The position numbers and the translations under genes are program-made. The notes under the pieces were generated by a model. The model was not told the DNA's origin, made no database searches, and saw only the letters and a program-made list of their open reading frames with translations. Shown piece by piece: positions 41,800-54,829 of a stretch of DNA of 64,000 nucleotides (within the stretch, counting starts at the first letter, position 1; the number at the start of each line of letters is the position of its first letter). Source of the DNA: Octopus vulgaris (Eukaryota); contig OX597815.1 of assembly GCA_951406725.2 (NCBI GenBank), positions 121,892,001 through 121,956,000 of the forward strand, read 5' to 3'.

Positions 41800-42067
41800 C
41801 AGGTGCTGGTGTCACATAAAGTGCACTTGTACCAGTGCTGTGTAAATTCACCCATGCCAATGGCATGTAAAAAGCAACCAGCACACTCTGTTAAGTGGTT
41901 GGCATTAGGAAGGTCATCTAGCCATAGAAACCATGCCACAACAGACAATTGGAGTCTGGACAGCTCCCCAACTGGCCAGCTCCTGTCAAATTATCCAACC
42001 CATGCCAGCCCAATTATCCAACCCATTTTCCATGGAAAATAGATGTTAACCAATGATGCTGATGATG
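41800..42067 (+). mobile_element. RTE 3'-end copy
   Basis: aagtggttggcattaggaagg...aacccatgccagc..(gat)n. Confidence 0.75.
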
Positions 42068-42686
42068 TATGTATATATGTTGCATACATGCATGCATGTA
42101 TGCAAATATTGCTCTCACCTTCTATAATCCAAAAGTTATGGAAACAATTAAAAAAAAACAATCCTTAATGTTTGCCATGAAGTTATTTTCTCAACTTAAT
42201 GACATTGTTTCATATTGATTCTATGATATCTACTCTTTTGTCATATATTACTAGTCTTTTGTGAAGGTATGTAACTCAATATTTAAGCATGTTGGGCTCA
42301 CAATTAGGTCTCTGGTTTGATTCTCAAACTAAGTAACACATGTCCTTGAGCAAGGCACTTCATTCTACATTGCTCCAGTACAGCTAAAAATTAGTATCAG
42401 TGATACATTAGGCTTTAAAGTGCAATATATTTGTGTACCATTGAGCGGAGAGTCTTTTTATTCTCAGCCTATATGGCTTGAAAATCCAGTTAAGTTCCAG
42501 CCTATAAGCTCAAGGCAGATGCTGTTAGTCTCTTGAAAATTTGTATACAAGGAAGCACCCAGTATTCACTGTAAAGCTGTGTGTAGAAACCATGCCAAAG
42601 CTGACACCAGAGTTTAACACAACCCTGCAGCTTGCTGGATCCTGTCAAAACATTCAACCTGTGCCAGCATGTAAAGCAGACATTAA

Positions 42687-42718
<32 letters not shown>

Positions 42719-43177
42719 ATTGATGGTTCTCCAGAGGCCAACGATGTATGAGAAAAGTGTGAGTGTCCTAGAATTTATATAAGACAGTGTTATTAAGAAG
42801 GAGAAAATGACTTCAGATGGCAAACTAAGAGATTTTTGTTTTTTAATTAGTAAAACTTCAAACAACTATGAAAAGCTTTTAAAAGGCATCAATATAATTG
42901 AATCTTCTACTATGAAAACAGCTTGTCTGTCAGGTCACAGTTTATGTTGTTAGAGACACTGTCAAGTTCTCACATCCTGAATTCAAATGCACCTAAGGCT
43001 TCAGTTATCTTTTCCACAATTGACTTCTCTGCTTTAATGACTTCCTCCCCTGCCCTTGTAACCACACATCGATATCAATTATCTTAATGAAATGATTGTG
43101 CTTCAGTTGACAGCTCAAGAATCCTGAAAGTACATATTACAAGAAAACAAACCCACAACAGCTATACAAGAATTTCT

Positions 43178-45345
43178 TCATCATCATTATCATTTAACAA
43201 CTGTTGTCCATGATCTTAATGAAATAATTTTGCTTCAGTTGACAGCTCATGGGTTGGACGGTATGACTGGGCTGGCACGTTGAAAGGCTGCACCAGACTC
43301 CAGTCTGGTTTGGCATGATTTTCTATGACTGGATACCCTTCCTAACACCAACCTCTCCAAGAGTGTAATGGGTGCTTTTATATGCCACTGGCACAGGTGT
43401 CATTTACATGACACCAGGGTGCTTTTACATGCCACCAGCATGAGTGCCAATTTGTGTGACACCAGTATCTGCCATGACTGCGATTTTGCTCAGTTTGATG
43501 GGTCTTCTCAAGTGCAACATAATGCCAAAGGTCTTGGTCATTGCCTCTGTGAGGCCCAACACTCAAAAGGAACTCAGTCACTTTGCTCCATGAGGCCCAA
43601 CACTCAAAAGGTTTACATTACACGCCACCAGCACAGGTGCACTTGGCTTGATAAGTCCTCTCAAGCACAGCACATCACTAAAGGTTTTGGTCACTAGTCA
43701 TTGCCTCTGTGAGGCCCAAAGTTCAAAGATCATGCTTCACCACCTCGTTCCATGTCTAACTCTACCACAGGTTCCCCCCATAGTTCAGCACTTCTTTACA
43801 CAGCTGTCCTCATCCATACACATCACATGACCATACCAGCACAGGTGTCTCTCTTGCACACCACATCTGATATCTCTTATGCCTAACTTTTCTCTCAAGA
43901 TGCTTACACTCTCTCAAACATGCACACTGACATTGTACATCCAACGAAGCATACCAGCTTCATTTCTTTCAAGCCTATACATGCCCTCGGCTGTCACAAC
44001 CCATGTTTCACTGCCAGTCAGTATAGCTGTTTGCACACAGGTATCAAACAATCTATCTTTCACTCTGAGAGAGATGCCTTTTGTTGCCAGCAGATGTAGG
44101 ATCTCTGAACTTTGCCCAGCCTAATTTTATTCTCACAGTTATACTCTCAGAGCATCCACCTCCATGACTAACTTGGTTATCTAGATAATGGAAGCTATCT
44201 AGCTTTCCCCACAGGCGGTTGATGGAGTCTATTTTCTGCACATTTTCAGCATTTATTGTACCTGTGCATCTTTCACATACAAAAGCTAGTTTCCCTGTTA
44301 ACCTTCCTCTAATATTTCTGCACCTTTTATCTGTCCAAAGCTTACACCAGGGGCATCTTATGGAGTTTCTACCTACACCTTTTCTACAGATTGAGCAGGG
44401 TCATCTACCTGAAGGGATTTGAAATTTGTCTGCCTTCCTACTTTCTAAGACTTTAGTTTTTGCTAGGTTAACTCTAAGGCCCTTTGATTCTAGACCTTGC
44501 TTCCATACTTGGAAATTCTCAAGTTCAAGTAGTTATTCATCTATATGAGTAAGGTCATCAGCATAAAGGAGCTCCCAGGGGCAGCCTGCCTTGAATTTTT
44601 TCTATTATTGCCTGGAGGACAAGAGAGGGCTGAGCACCAATCCTTAGTGAACCTCTACTTGTACTCTGAATTATTCACTGTACTTATTGCCAACCCTCAC
44701 CTTACTGACAGCATGCCTGTACATATCTTGTACAGTTCTCACAACCATTTGTCTATCCTTAGTTTCTGCATTGACCACCAGATAAGGGATTGGGATAAGG
44801 CTTTCTCCAAGTCAACAAAGGCCATGTACAGAGGTTTATCTTTGGCTAGGAATTACTCCTGCAGCTGCCTTACCAGAAATATAGCATCAATGGTGCTTCT
44901 CCCTATCACAAAACCAAACTGCATCTCATCTAGACTAACTCTCTCCCTAATTAGTAGGGCTATGTCTCTTACTGTAACTTACATCACTTTAATCCAGTAA
45001 TTTAATACCTACGAATTATTTCTAAGGCATCACCTTTACCTTTAAAGCAGCTGACTATGGCACTGCTACATCAATCATTGGGTATGACTCCTTCATGAAC
45101 CACCTGATTTACAATACAGGCGACTGGACCATAACCCACACTGCCAGATATTTTAAGCATCTCAGTGATGATTCCTGATGGGCTGGGGGCCTTTTCTCTC
45201 ACACACTGCCTTGCAATCCAAAAGACTACACTTCTTTGGTCCTCACATCACTGACCATATGCAAACTTCTTTTCTGCTTCTTCCTTTGTTAGAAATACTT
45301 GTCTCTTAGTATCCCTTCTGGCAATTTTATACAGTTTCCTGCTAC
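43178..45345 (-). mobile_element. RTE-clade LINE, 5'-truncated, RT pseudogene with 3' UTR and (GAT)n tail
   Basis: LDEMQFGFVIGRSTIDAIFLVRQLQE*FLAKDKPLYMAFVDLEKA (about 44810-44935) and PWELLYADDL (44551-44580); 3' end shared with many short tail copies. Confidence 0.92.
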
Positions 45346-45379
45346 TCCCAATTTATTTATAATTAATGATTTCTTAAAA

Positions 45380-45537
45380 AGCCCCCAGTACACTTTGGAA
45401 TAGTGGTTGGCATTAGGAAGGGCATCCAGCTGTAGAAATGAAACCTAAACAGACTATGGAACTTGGTGTGGCTCCTTGCCTTGCCAGATACTGTCAAATG
45501 TCCCACCCATGCCAGCATGGAAACGGATGTTAAATGA

Positions 45538-45571
<34 letters not shown>

Positions 45572-45580
45572 GATGATGAC
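45380..45580 (+). mobile_element. RTE 3'-end copy (further copies near 4680, 5860, 10250, 10995, 11300, 16285, 35960, 42580, 49885, 55375, 61235)
   Basis: Shared tail motif ggttggcattaggaagggcatccagc...ccatgccagcatggaaacggatgttaaa(tga)n. Confidence 0.75.
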
Positions 45581-46304
45581 ATAGGCATGAGACTTCAAAC
45601 TGAAAGGTAAAAGGCAAAGTTGATCTGGGAAGGATTTGAACTAAGAACAAAACAGCAAAAAGACAACAAAAATACAGCGAGGCATTTTTGACAAATGTTC
45701 TAACCATTCCACCGACTCAAACTGTTTCTCAAATCTAAAAGGTGAAGCTGACCTCAGCAGGATTTGAGCTCAGAGCAAAAAGAGCTGAATAAAAGATCAC
45801 AAGACATTTTTGTTCAATGTTCCAACAATTCTGCCAACCTATCTTTTCAACCATAAAAACAGAGTCTCTACGAGGTTGTCTGGTTTGTTAAAAAGAATAG
45901 CCAAATCTCCCTCATATAACACCACACTATGTTAGAAACAGTGAGAGATCCTTTCAACACTGTTGTTGTAGAGATTTAACAAAAAGATGGGATCATAGGT
46001 CTGCTTAATCAGGGTTGACCTGTGACTTAATAGTAACAACAACAAGAACAAATTGTTTCACATCCTGCATAAAAGCTGCCAATCTCTGCTCTCTGATAAC
46101 CTTTCTTGACAACCCTGCATTCTTCACATTCTCTAAAATTTGTTTTCCTTGACACAGTCCCCTGAAATACTCCAGCTGTTAAATCTAATATACAGCACTT
46201 CAATACATCCTACTCCATCCTGTAGTAACTACACATTTATCTGAGATAGTGCATGTAACATATATACTTGAAATTATTTGTAAAACAACAGATATTTTTA
46301 TGGT

Positions 46305-46870
46305 AGGCAAAATCAACCTCAACAGAATTTGAACTCAGAATGTAGCGACGGGCAAAATACTGATAAGCATTTCATCCAGTGTGCTAACAATTCTACCAGT
46401 TTGCCACTTTATTAATGATAATAATAATCATTTCAATTATAGTCACAAGGCCTGAAGTTTGTGGGGAAGGGGATAGTTGATCACATTGACCCCAGTACTT
46501 GACTGGTTCTTAATTTATCGACCCCAAAAGGATGAAAGGCAAAGTCAACCTCAGCAGAATTTGAACTCAGAACATAAAGACAGATAAAATGCCACTAAGC
46601 ATTTATCCTGGTGTGCTAACAATTTTGCCAGCTTGCTGCCTTAATAATAATAACCCTTTATACTAAAAGAGCGCAAGGCCTGAAATTTTGGCGGAGTGGG
46701 CTAGTTGATTACATTGACCCTTGTGCATAGCTTGTACTTATTTCATCAACCTTAAAAAGATGAAAGGCAATGTCAACCTCAGTGGAATTTGAACTCAGAA
46801 TGTAAGAACAAACAAAATGCCGCTAAGCATTTTGTCTGATGTGCTAATGATTCTGCCAGCTTTTCACCTT
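46305..46870 (-). mobile_element. Three tandem family-B SINE copies separated by AAT-rich tracts
   Basis: ggcaaagtcaacctc.gcagaatttgaactcagaa recurs at about 46305, 46540 and 46765. Confidence 0.85.
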
Positions 46871-46917
46871 CTTAATAATAATGATGATAATTAATAATAA
46901 TCATAATCCTTTCTTCT

Positions 46918-47310
46918 GTGGAGGCGCAATGGCCCAGTGGTTAGGGCAGCGGACTTGCGGTCATAGGATCGCGGTTTCAATTCCCAGACCGGGCGTTGTG
47001 AGTGTTTATTGAGCGAAAACACCTAAAGCTCCACGAGGCTCCGGCAGGGGATGGTGGTGATCCCTGCTGTACTCTTTCACGACATCTTTTTCTCACTCTT
47101 ACTTCCTGTTTCTGTTGTACCTGTATTTCAAAGGGCCGGCCTTGTCACTCTCTGTGTCACGCTGAATATCCCCGAGAACTACGTTAAGGGTACACGTGTC
47201 TGTGGAGTGCTCAGCCACTTACACGTTAATTTCATGAGCAGGCTGTTCCGTTGATTCGGATCAACCGGAACCCTCGTCGTCGTAACTGACGGAGTGCTTC
47301 CAACAACTAA
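46918..47310 (+). mobile_element. Young full-length tRNA-derived SINE (family C) with 13-bp TSD
   Basis: tRNA-like head (A box tggcccagtgg, B box ggtttcaattcc), many intact CpGs, (caa)n tail, TSD aatcctttcttct at 46905-46917 and 47311-47323. Confidence 0.9.
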
Positions 47311-47459
47311 AATCCTTTCTTCTAAAAGCACAAAGCCTGAAATTTGTGGAGAGGGAATAAGTAGATCACGTCGACTCCAGTACCTGACTAGTGCTTAATT
47401 TATTGACTCCAATAAATTTGAACTCAGAAAGTAAAGACAAGCAAATATTTTGCTCGATA

Positions 47460-47868
47460 CCACAGATTTGCTTGTCAGTTGCTTGACTTTAACTAGTTGA
47501 GCTTGTTCCTTTAGTGGCTGATGATATGTGCATCTCTGATCATGAGCAGAAGTAGTGGAGGAGCATCATAGCCATATGTTGAGAAGAATTTTGGAGGAGT
47601 TTGAATAATTCACCACTGGAAACATGGGAGTTTCATTCATGATCTTTAAACACCTTTTTTCAGGGACCTTTTGAGTGGGATAAGCTATGCAACCTGAAGA
47701 AAATTCTAACTGGGCCCACCTGCAAGGTCATGTGCTGTTAATCTTGATTTAACATCACCAAGTCGCACACATATGGTTGTGATGCATGTGCTTGGTGTAC
47801 CCTTATCAGATGGGAAGTCATGATGGGTATATTGGGCTTCATATATTTGTACCTCAGTGACACTTTGA
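47460..47868 (+). mobile_element. Non-LTR retroposon 3' fragment (family unassigned)
   Basis: 47719-47863 matches the reverse complement of 48095-48238, a copy that carries an (AAT)n tail. Confidence 0.6.
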
Positions 47869-48011
47869 CGACCCCAAAAGGATGAAGGGCAAAGTTGACC
47901 TTGGCAGTATTTGAACTCAGTACATAAAGACCTAGAACAAATACTGCTAAACATTTTTTCTGATGCTCTAACAGTTTTACCAATCCACTACAATGTCACT
48001 TATGTTTCAAG

Positions 48012-48238
48012 ATTATTATTATTATTACTATTATTATTATAATTATTATTATTATTATTATTATCATTGAGTGAGAGAGCAGTGCATGCCATCAGTGACA
48101 CTGGGGAAAATATACGAAGCCCAGTATACCCATCATGACTACCCATCTGATAAGGGTACACCAGGTACATGCATCACAACCATATGTGCACGACATGGTT
48201 ATCTCATATCAAGATAAACAGCACATGACCTTGCAGGT
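48012..48238 (-). mobile_element. Non-LTR retroposon 3' end with (AAT)n tail
   Basis: Inverted copy of 47719-47863 followed on the minus strand by ...ctctctcactca(ata)n. Confidence 0.6.
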
Positions 48239-48244
48239 CAACAT

Positions 48245-48632
48245 CAATGGAAATTGTAGCTGTGATACCAGTGCCGGGGGCACATAAGAGAACCATCTGA
48301 ACGTGGCCATTGCCAGCGCCACCCCGACTGGCCTCCATGCCAGTGGTATGTAAAATGCACCATCCGACCATGGCCATTGCCAGCCTCGCCTGGCCTCCGT
48401 GCTGGTGGCATGTAAAAAGCACCATCCGATCGTGGCCGTTTGCCAGCCTCATCTGGCACCTGTGTCGGTGGCATGTAAAAAGCACCCACTACACTCACGG
48501 AGTGGTTGGCGTTAGGAAGGGCATCCAGCCGTAGAAACATTGCCAGATCAGACTGGGCCTGGTGCAGCCTTCTGGCTTCCCAGACCCCAGTTGAACCGTC
48601 CAACCCATGCTAGCATGGAAAGCAGACGCTAA

Positions 48633-48663
<31 letters not shown>
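48245..48663 (+). mobile_element. RTE 3'-end copy with internal ~65-bp tandem repeats and (GAT)n tail
   Basis: Repeated tggcatgtaaaaagcacc units, then ggttggcgttaggaagggcatccagcc...aacccatgctagcatggaaagc..(gat)n. Confidence 0.8.
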
Positions 48664-48665
<2 letters not shown>

Positions 48666-48679
48666 ATTATTAAACATCC

Positions 48680-49040
48680 ATCCTTACACTCTGAGGTCAA
48701 ATTCTGCCGAGATTGACTTTGCTTTCATCCTTTCAGGGTCAATAAATTAAGTACCTATTTCTTTACTACCCACAAGGGGCTAAACACAGAGAAGACAAAT
48801 GGATAAAGATGATTATATCGACCCCAGTGCATAACTGGTACTTATTTAATCGACCCCGAAAGGATGAAAGGCAAAGTTAACCTTGGCAGAATTTGAACTC
48901 AGAACGTAGCGGCAGACGAAATACGGCTATGCATTTTGCCCGGCGTGCTAACATTTCTGCCACCAGTGAAACACTGGGGTCGATGTAATTGACTACTCCC
49001 CTTCTCCACAAATTTCAGCCTTGTGCCTTTAGTAGAAAGG

Positions 49041-49071
<31 letters not shown>

Positions 49072-49470
49072 GATGGCGGGCCGGCAGAAGTATTAACACA
49101 CTGGACAAAATGCTTAGTAGTATTTTGCCCATCACTACTTTCTGAGTTCAAGTTCCGCCAAGGTCACTTTGCCTTTCATCTTTTGGGTCAATAAATTAAG
49201 TACCAGTGAAATACTGGGGTCAATGTAATTGACTAGTCTCCTCCCCACAAATTTGAGGCTTGTGCTTCCTGTAGAAAGGATTATTATTATTATTATTACT
49301 ATCAAAATGTAGCAGATTGATAGTATCGTTAGAATAGTGGAAAAATTGCCCTATGGTATTATTTGTTCTGCCTATTTACGTTGAGTCCAAATTTCGCAGT
49401 GGTTAACTTGACCTTTCATTCCTCTGCTGTAAAGAAAATAAAGTGATGGGTGGGATCAATGTAATCAACT
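48680..49470. mobile_element. Cluster of family-B SINEs in both orientations (48680+, 48755-48960 -, 48962+, 49072-49280 +, 49310+)
   Basis: Repeated family B core motifs and (ATT)n tails. Confidence 0.8.
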
Positions 49471-51398
49471 TTTTTGAAAATTTCTAACCTTCATTATTAT
49501 TGAATATATAATGAAGAAATTATAATTTCTCTTTTACTGTATCATTACATGTCATACCATTTTCTCTTCTCCTACTAGTACAAAGCTGTCTTTTGTTTCT
49601 GGAGGAGAGGAAGAACAGTGGCAATTATTTATTTGTTGTCTAAATAGGGGTTGATAGTTCAAATCCTGTTAAACTCTCACCCTAAGATTTAACACTGAAC
49701 AATAAAGTATCTCTTGTACTTTTAAGAAAGGAACAAAATGCAAACTATTCTAGCAATTAGAAAGTAGCAGGAAGTGATGGAGCAGGATGAATTGACATAA
49801 TGCAAATGATGCAATAAAATATATTATATGAATCATAGGAAAAGGTTACATCTCATTTTGGATCAGGAATTGAAAGTACGATCATCATCATCATTATCCT
49901 CATTAATTGTTTAGCTTTTCCGTTGGTATGAGTTGGGCAGTTTGACAGAGTCTGGTGAGTGGAAGGACTGCATCATGTTTCAATGACTACTTTGGCATGG
50001 TTTCTTACGACTGGATGCCCTTCCAAACACCAACCTCTCTACAGAGTGTATTAGGTGCTTTTTCTTCATGGCAACAACACTGATGATGATCACTTTTGAA
50101 ACTTGCAAGACTAAAGGTCTGAAGTGACCCCCATAACTGAGGGAGGACAGAAGAGAAAGTGGACTATGATCCTAGGAAGGATAGCAATTAAGAGATGAAG
50201 AAGGGGAAGTATGGTAGAAAATAGGGGAGAAGGAGGGAGCTTGCAATATTAAGGAAAACGGAGGGTAGAATCAAAAGACTCTATTTGCCAGTACCTCAAC
50301 TTTACAAATTCTAATTTTCAGTTTTAATATAAACTGCTGGAGCTAAAGATACCCTGGTTGCCAACACCCAACTTACTCTCTGGATGCTCCATGTAAACAG
50401 ATTTATAATGTAACCATTCTAATTGTGGAGCCTCAACAGAGCCCTGCATCATTATTTTCATCACTACCTCCCTGTGCTGGGAGTTGGTAATTTGTCTAGA
50501 GCTATCCATCATTATAAGGAGTAAGTATGGACAGGTGTGAGGAAAAGAAGATAGGAAGGGAGCCAGAGACTAGTGTGGAAAGGAATTCTGAGAGAATCAT
50601 TGAAAGGAAGAGAGGTAGAGAAATGTGGTGAGGCCGTGAGAGGTTATAATTATTCTACCACACAGAACTGGCTGTGTAGTAGAATAACTCAACAGTACAG
50701 AAGAAATGCCACCAATGTCCAGAGTAAAAAGATTACCGATATAGTTCCTCAACAGTTTTTTTTCTTTTTTTTAACAAAAGTTATATAACTGTGGGAACTG
50801 TTTAAATACACACTAATATTTATTCAATTATTTAATTAGTGTAATAAGCCAAAATATAAATGCCATGTTTGAAAAAAATGACACACTGTTAAGCCTACAG
50901 CCAAATTTTTTGACATGACTCATTGCTAGTTTGTAACAATTATGATTTCAGTCTTCTATGCATTGTAAACTTATTCAGTTACACACATTTTAGGATAGAC
51001 ACTGCTTACTAAGATAACAAATATTAGAACAGGATGAAACAGACACTACTTGTAAAATTCTACTCTGTTTCCTTTGTTTAAGTGATGATTCTTTCACTCA
51101 TCCCATATGATTTTTTTATTAGAAATATAAGAACTTTGAATAAATGTGTCTGTGTGATTAAGAAGCTACCTTCCCAACTGTGGGATTCAGTCCCACTGAG
51201 TGACATTTTGGGCAAGCATCTTCTGCTATAGTCCTGGACAGATCAAAGCTTTGTTTTCTGATTTAGAAGACAGAAACTGAAAGAAGCCTATTGTGTGTAT
51301 GTGTATGTGTATGTATGTATATATACACCTGTCTTTGTCTTTTGTTTTTCTGTAAATTTCAACTATATACATATATATATATATATATGGATGTATGG

Positions 51399-51764
<366 letters not shown>

Positions 51765-51765
<1 letters not shown>

Positions 51766-51781
51766 ATATACATATATATAC

Positions 51782-51844
<63 letters not shown>

Positions 51845-51930
51845 CATACATACATACATACATACATACACACACAGACATGTGCACATGCATGTGTGTG
51901 AGTGTGTATGTATGTATGTATGTATGTATG

Positions 51931-51976
<46 letters not shown>

Positions 51977-51990
51977 AGTGTGTGTGTACA
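51765..51990. repeat. Compound microsatellite (AT)n(ACAT)n..(ATGT)n(AT)n
   Basis: Direct reading. Confidence 0.95.
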
Positions 51991-52608
51991 TTTATCTGTG
52001 TACATGTCTTTGTGTTTGTATTGTATTTGACAACCAGTGTTGCTTGATTTTTCCCTGTAATATAACTGTTCAGCTAAGAGTCATATAGAAAGATAGAATA
52101 AGAACTAGACTTTAAAATATGTACTGGGATCAATTTGTGTGACTAAAACCCTTCAAGGTAGTGTTCCAGCATGGTCATGGTCCAATAACTAACACAAGTA
52201 AAAGATAAAAGTTAACCTTTTTGAATTTATTACAAATAGTCATAAACGTTGATTTTAAATAATTTTGTTAGATATACATAATAATTTAGATATCATGTAA
52301 TTAATATTGTGAAAAAGGTCTCCATTGATATCAGAACATAAATATTATAACATTCATATCATTATTTATAACTTAATACTAAATCATTATTGTGAAATAA
52401 GTTAAAACTATTTCTTATAGATATTATTAATATTATAAGGTGCAAGAATGATTGTGTGCTTAAGAAGTTTGTTTCCCAACTGTGTAGGCTCAGGTTCAAT
52501 GCCACTGTGTGGTGCCTTGGATAATTGTTTCCTATTTTGACCACAGACCACCCAAAGTGTTGTGAGAGGGTTTGAGGATTTGGTTGTTGGAAACTGAAAA
52601 AGTTTATC

Positions 52609-52648
<40 letters not shown>

Positions 52649-52985
52649 TCTTGTTTTAACATCACTCCATAGTTATAAGCAAGTGTTACTATCATACAAG
52701 GAATGTCCTTAATTTTCTATCTTCTGTGAAAACATGTCAAACCATGGGGAAATATCAGCATCCTTGAGGATGAGCAAAGGTTCTGTAGAACCCCTGCCTC
52801 AATAATTTCCATCTGACCCATGCAAACTAAACAATGATGATGATAATAATGATATTAAGGTTGTGATAAATATTTCTAAGTAGAGTGAAGTGTCTTTCTT
52901 AGATTATCTTCTTTAATAACACTCACCTTTCAGTTTCTGCAAAAATACAAACATTTTTCCTCATTCTTTGTTGTTTAAACAGATA

Positions 52986-53410
52986 GGCAGAGGAGTGGCT
53001 GTGTGGTAAGTAGCTTGCTTCCAAACCACATGGTTCCAGGTTCAGTCCCACTGCATGGCACCTTGGGCATGTGTCTTCTACTATAGCCTCGGGCTGACCA
53101 AAGCCTTGTGACTGGATTTGGTAGACGGAAACTGAAAGAAGCCCGTCGTATATATGTATATATATGTATATATGTGTGTGTGTGTGTATATGTTTGTGTA
53201 TCCGTGTTTGTCCCCCCCCCCCCCCCCAACATCACTTGACAACTGATGCTGTGTGTTTACATCCCCGTAACTTAGCGGTTCGGTAAAAGAGACCATTAGA
53301 ATAAATATTAGGCTTACAAAGAATAAGTCCTGGGGTCGATTTGCTTGACTAAAGGTAGTGCTCCAGCATGGCCACAGTTAAATGACTGAAACAAGTAAAG
53401 GAATAAAAGA
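52986..53410 (+). mobile_element. tRNA-derived SINE family A, full length
   Basis: Head ggagtggctgtgtggtaag...ggttcagtccc, CORE-like accttgggca.gtgtcttc, internal (TA)n(TG)n, 3' ggccacagttaaatgactgaaacaag plus A-rich tail; more than 15 copies in the window. Confidence 0.9.
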
Positions 53411-53484
53411 GAGAATATATCAGGCTAAATTTGATAGTTTTGCATAAAAGAAAGAGAAAACAATATATCCCATCTAAAAATAAG

Positions 53485-53770
53485 TATTTTAAAAATTCAA
53501 AAAATTTAAACTAGATTACGGCTAGGAAATAACAGTTTACTCAAAGTAGCTGCTCTTAGCTTCCATCATGGCTTTAAAGACAGCTCTGGACCTGGCACAT
53601 GCATTCCTTGAGATGTTCAAACACCTTGGTGAGAATCATCATAATACAGATAACTATTTTCCAATAATCAGAAGGCTTCCAGTTCTCCATATCAGCTAAC
53701 TTTGTTTCAATCGCAGCTTTAATCTATATGCTCCCCAATACTGTTGACTATTCACCAATACATCAAAATG
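53485..53770 (-). pseudogene. Second fragment of the same Tc1/mariner family
   Basis: NACARSRAVFKAMMEAKSSYFE* plus a shared 3' flank (ctagatta.ggct.gga) with 53915-54040. Confidence 0.55.
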
Positions 53771-53914
53771 TTCCAGAAGAAACAAAACACACAAAATCAT
53801 AAAGTTTAACCCAAACACTTAGTACATACATATAATTATATATATACTGGATGTTCTGGCTTGTGGTTGTTTGCATAAAAGAAGAAAACACAATATCCTG
53901 TACAAAAATAACAT

Positions 53915-54240
53915 TTTTAAAAAATCAAAAAATATCAACTTCTAGATTATGGCTGGGAGGTAACAGATTACTCAGAGTAGCAACCTTCAGCTTCCAACAC
54001 CACCTCAAGACAAATCTGAAATTTGGTGCATACATTCCTCATTGGGTCCCTGGGAAGATCTTCAACACCACCTTGATCTTGGCTACCAGCTCAGCCATGG
54101 TTTAGCAGGTAGGGTGGCTAGGGGCTTTCTCAACTATGTTGTGTCCCACACATAAGTAATTCATGGGATTAAAATTAGGGAATTAACAGACCAGAAATTG
54201 GGGCCGGTGATGCCATGAAAATTCTTCAACAACCATTTCT
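53915..54240 (-). pseudogene. Tc1/mariner-superfamily (maT/DD37D-like) transposase 3' fragment
   Basis: NFWSVNS.NFNPMNY.VW (cf. WPPNSPDLNPxDYxVW) and NVCTKFQICLEVVLEAEGCYSE*. Confidence 0.65.
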
Positions 54241-54244
54241 GACT

Positions 54245-54447
54245 CTAAGAACATGGCCCGAAATTTTTGGGGAGGGGGCCTGTCGATTAGATCGACTCCA
54301 GTATGCAACTGGTACTTAATTTATCGACTCCAAAAGGATGAAAAGCAAAGTCGGTGTCGGTGGAATTTGAACTCAGAACACAAAGACAGATGAAATACTG
54401 CTAAGCATTTTACCTGTTGTGCTAACATTTCTGCCTGCTCACCACCA
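54245..54447 (-). mobile_element. SINE family B (other copies near 2752, 5010, 45590, 47311, 47870, 57230, 62315)
   Basis: Reverse complement of the family B core. Confidence 0.8.
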
Positions 54448-54732
54448 CCTTCCCAGGCCAAAAATATTATTTAGATTAGTGAAGAACTCCAGGTATTCTT
54501 ATGGCAAAGTCCAAGGTTATGCTTCATCACACTTCTACTTTGTAAAGCCATGGATGGGTTCCATACAAACTAGTTTTAGCACAGAGTGATATATAAAATC
54601 AAGTTTGAAATAATGATCATTATATATTTTCCCTTTATTAGTGCAGTAATCATTGAGGTTTACTCAACTGGTCTACTGAAAAATTGAGAAAATTGAATGC
54701 CCTAAAAAATTAATGTTACTTTTATCAGAGCC

Positions 54733-54829
54733 CACGAGCATATGGTGTAGTGATTAAGAGCGCGGGCTATTAACCCCAAGATTCCAAGTTCGATCCCAGG
54801 CAGTGACCTGAATAATAATAATAATAATA

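Noticed and set aside
44545-45000. 151-aa plus-strand ORF
   Set aside because: Antisense shadow of the RTE reverse transcriptase.
48270-48490. CRISPR-like repeat-spacer pattern (tggcatgtaaaaagcacc every ~65 bp)
   Set aside because: Spacers are similar to one another, the unit is the RTE 3' UTR minisatellite, the DNA is eukaryotic and there are no cas genes.
54733-54810. tRNA gene
   Set aside because: Acceptor stem does not close and it runs into an (AAT)n tail; SINE head. The same applies to 46918-46990.
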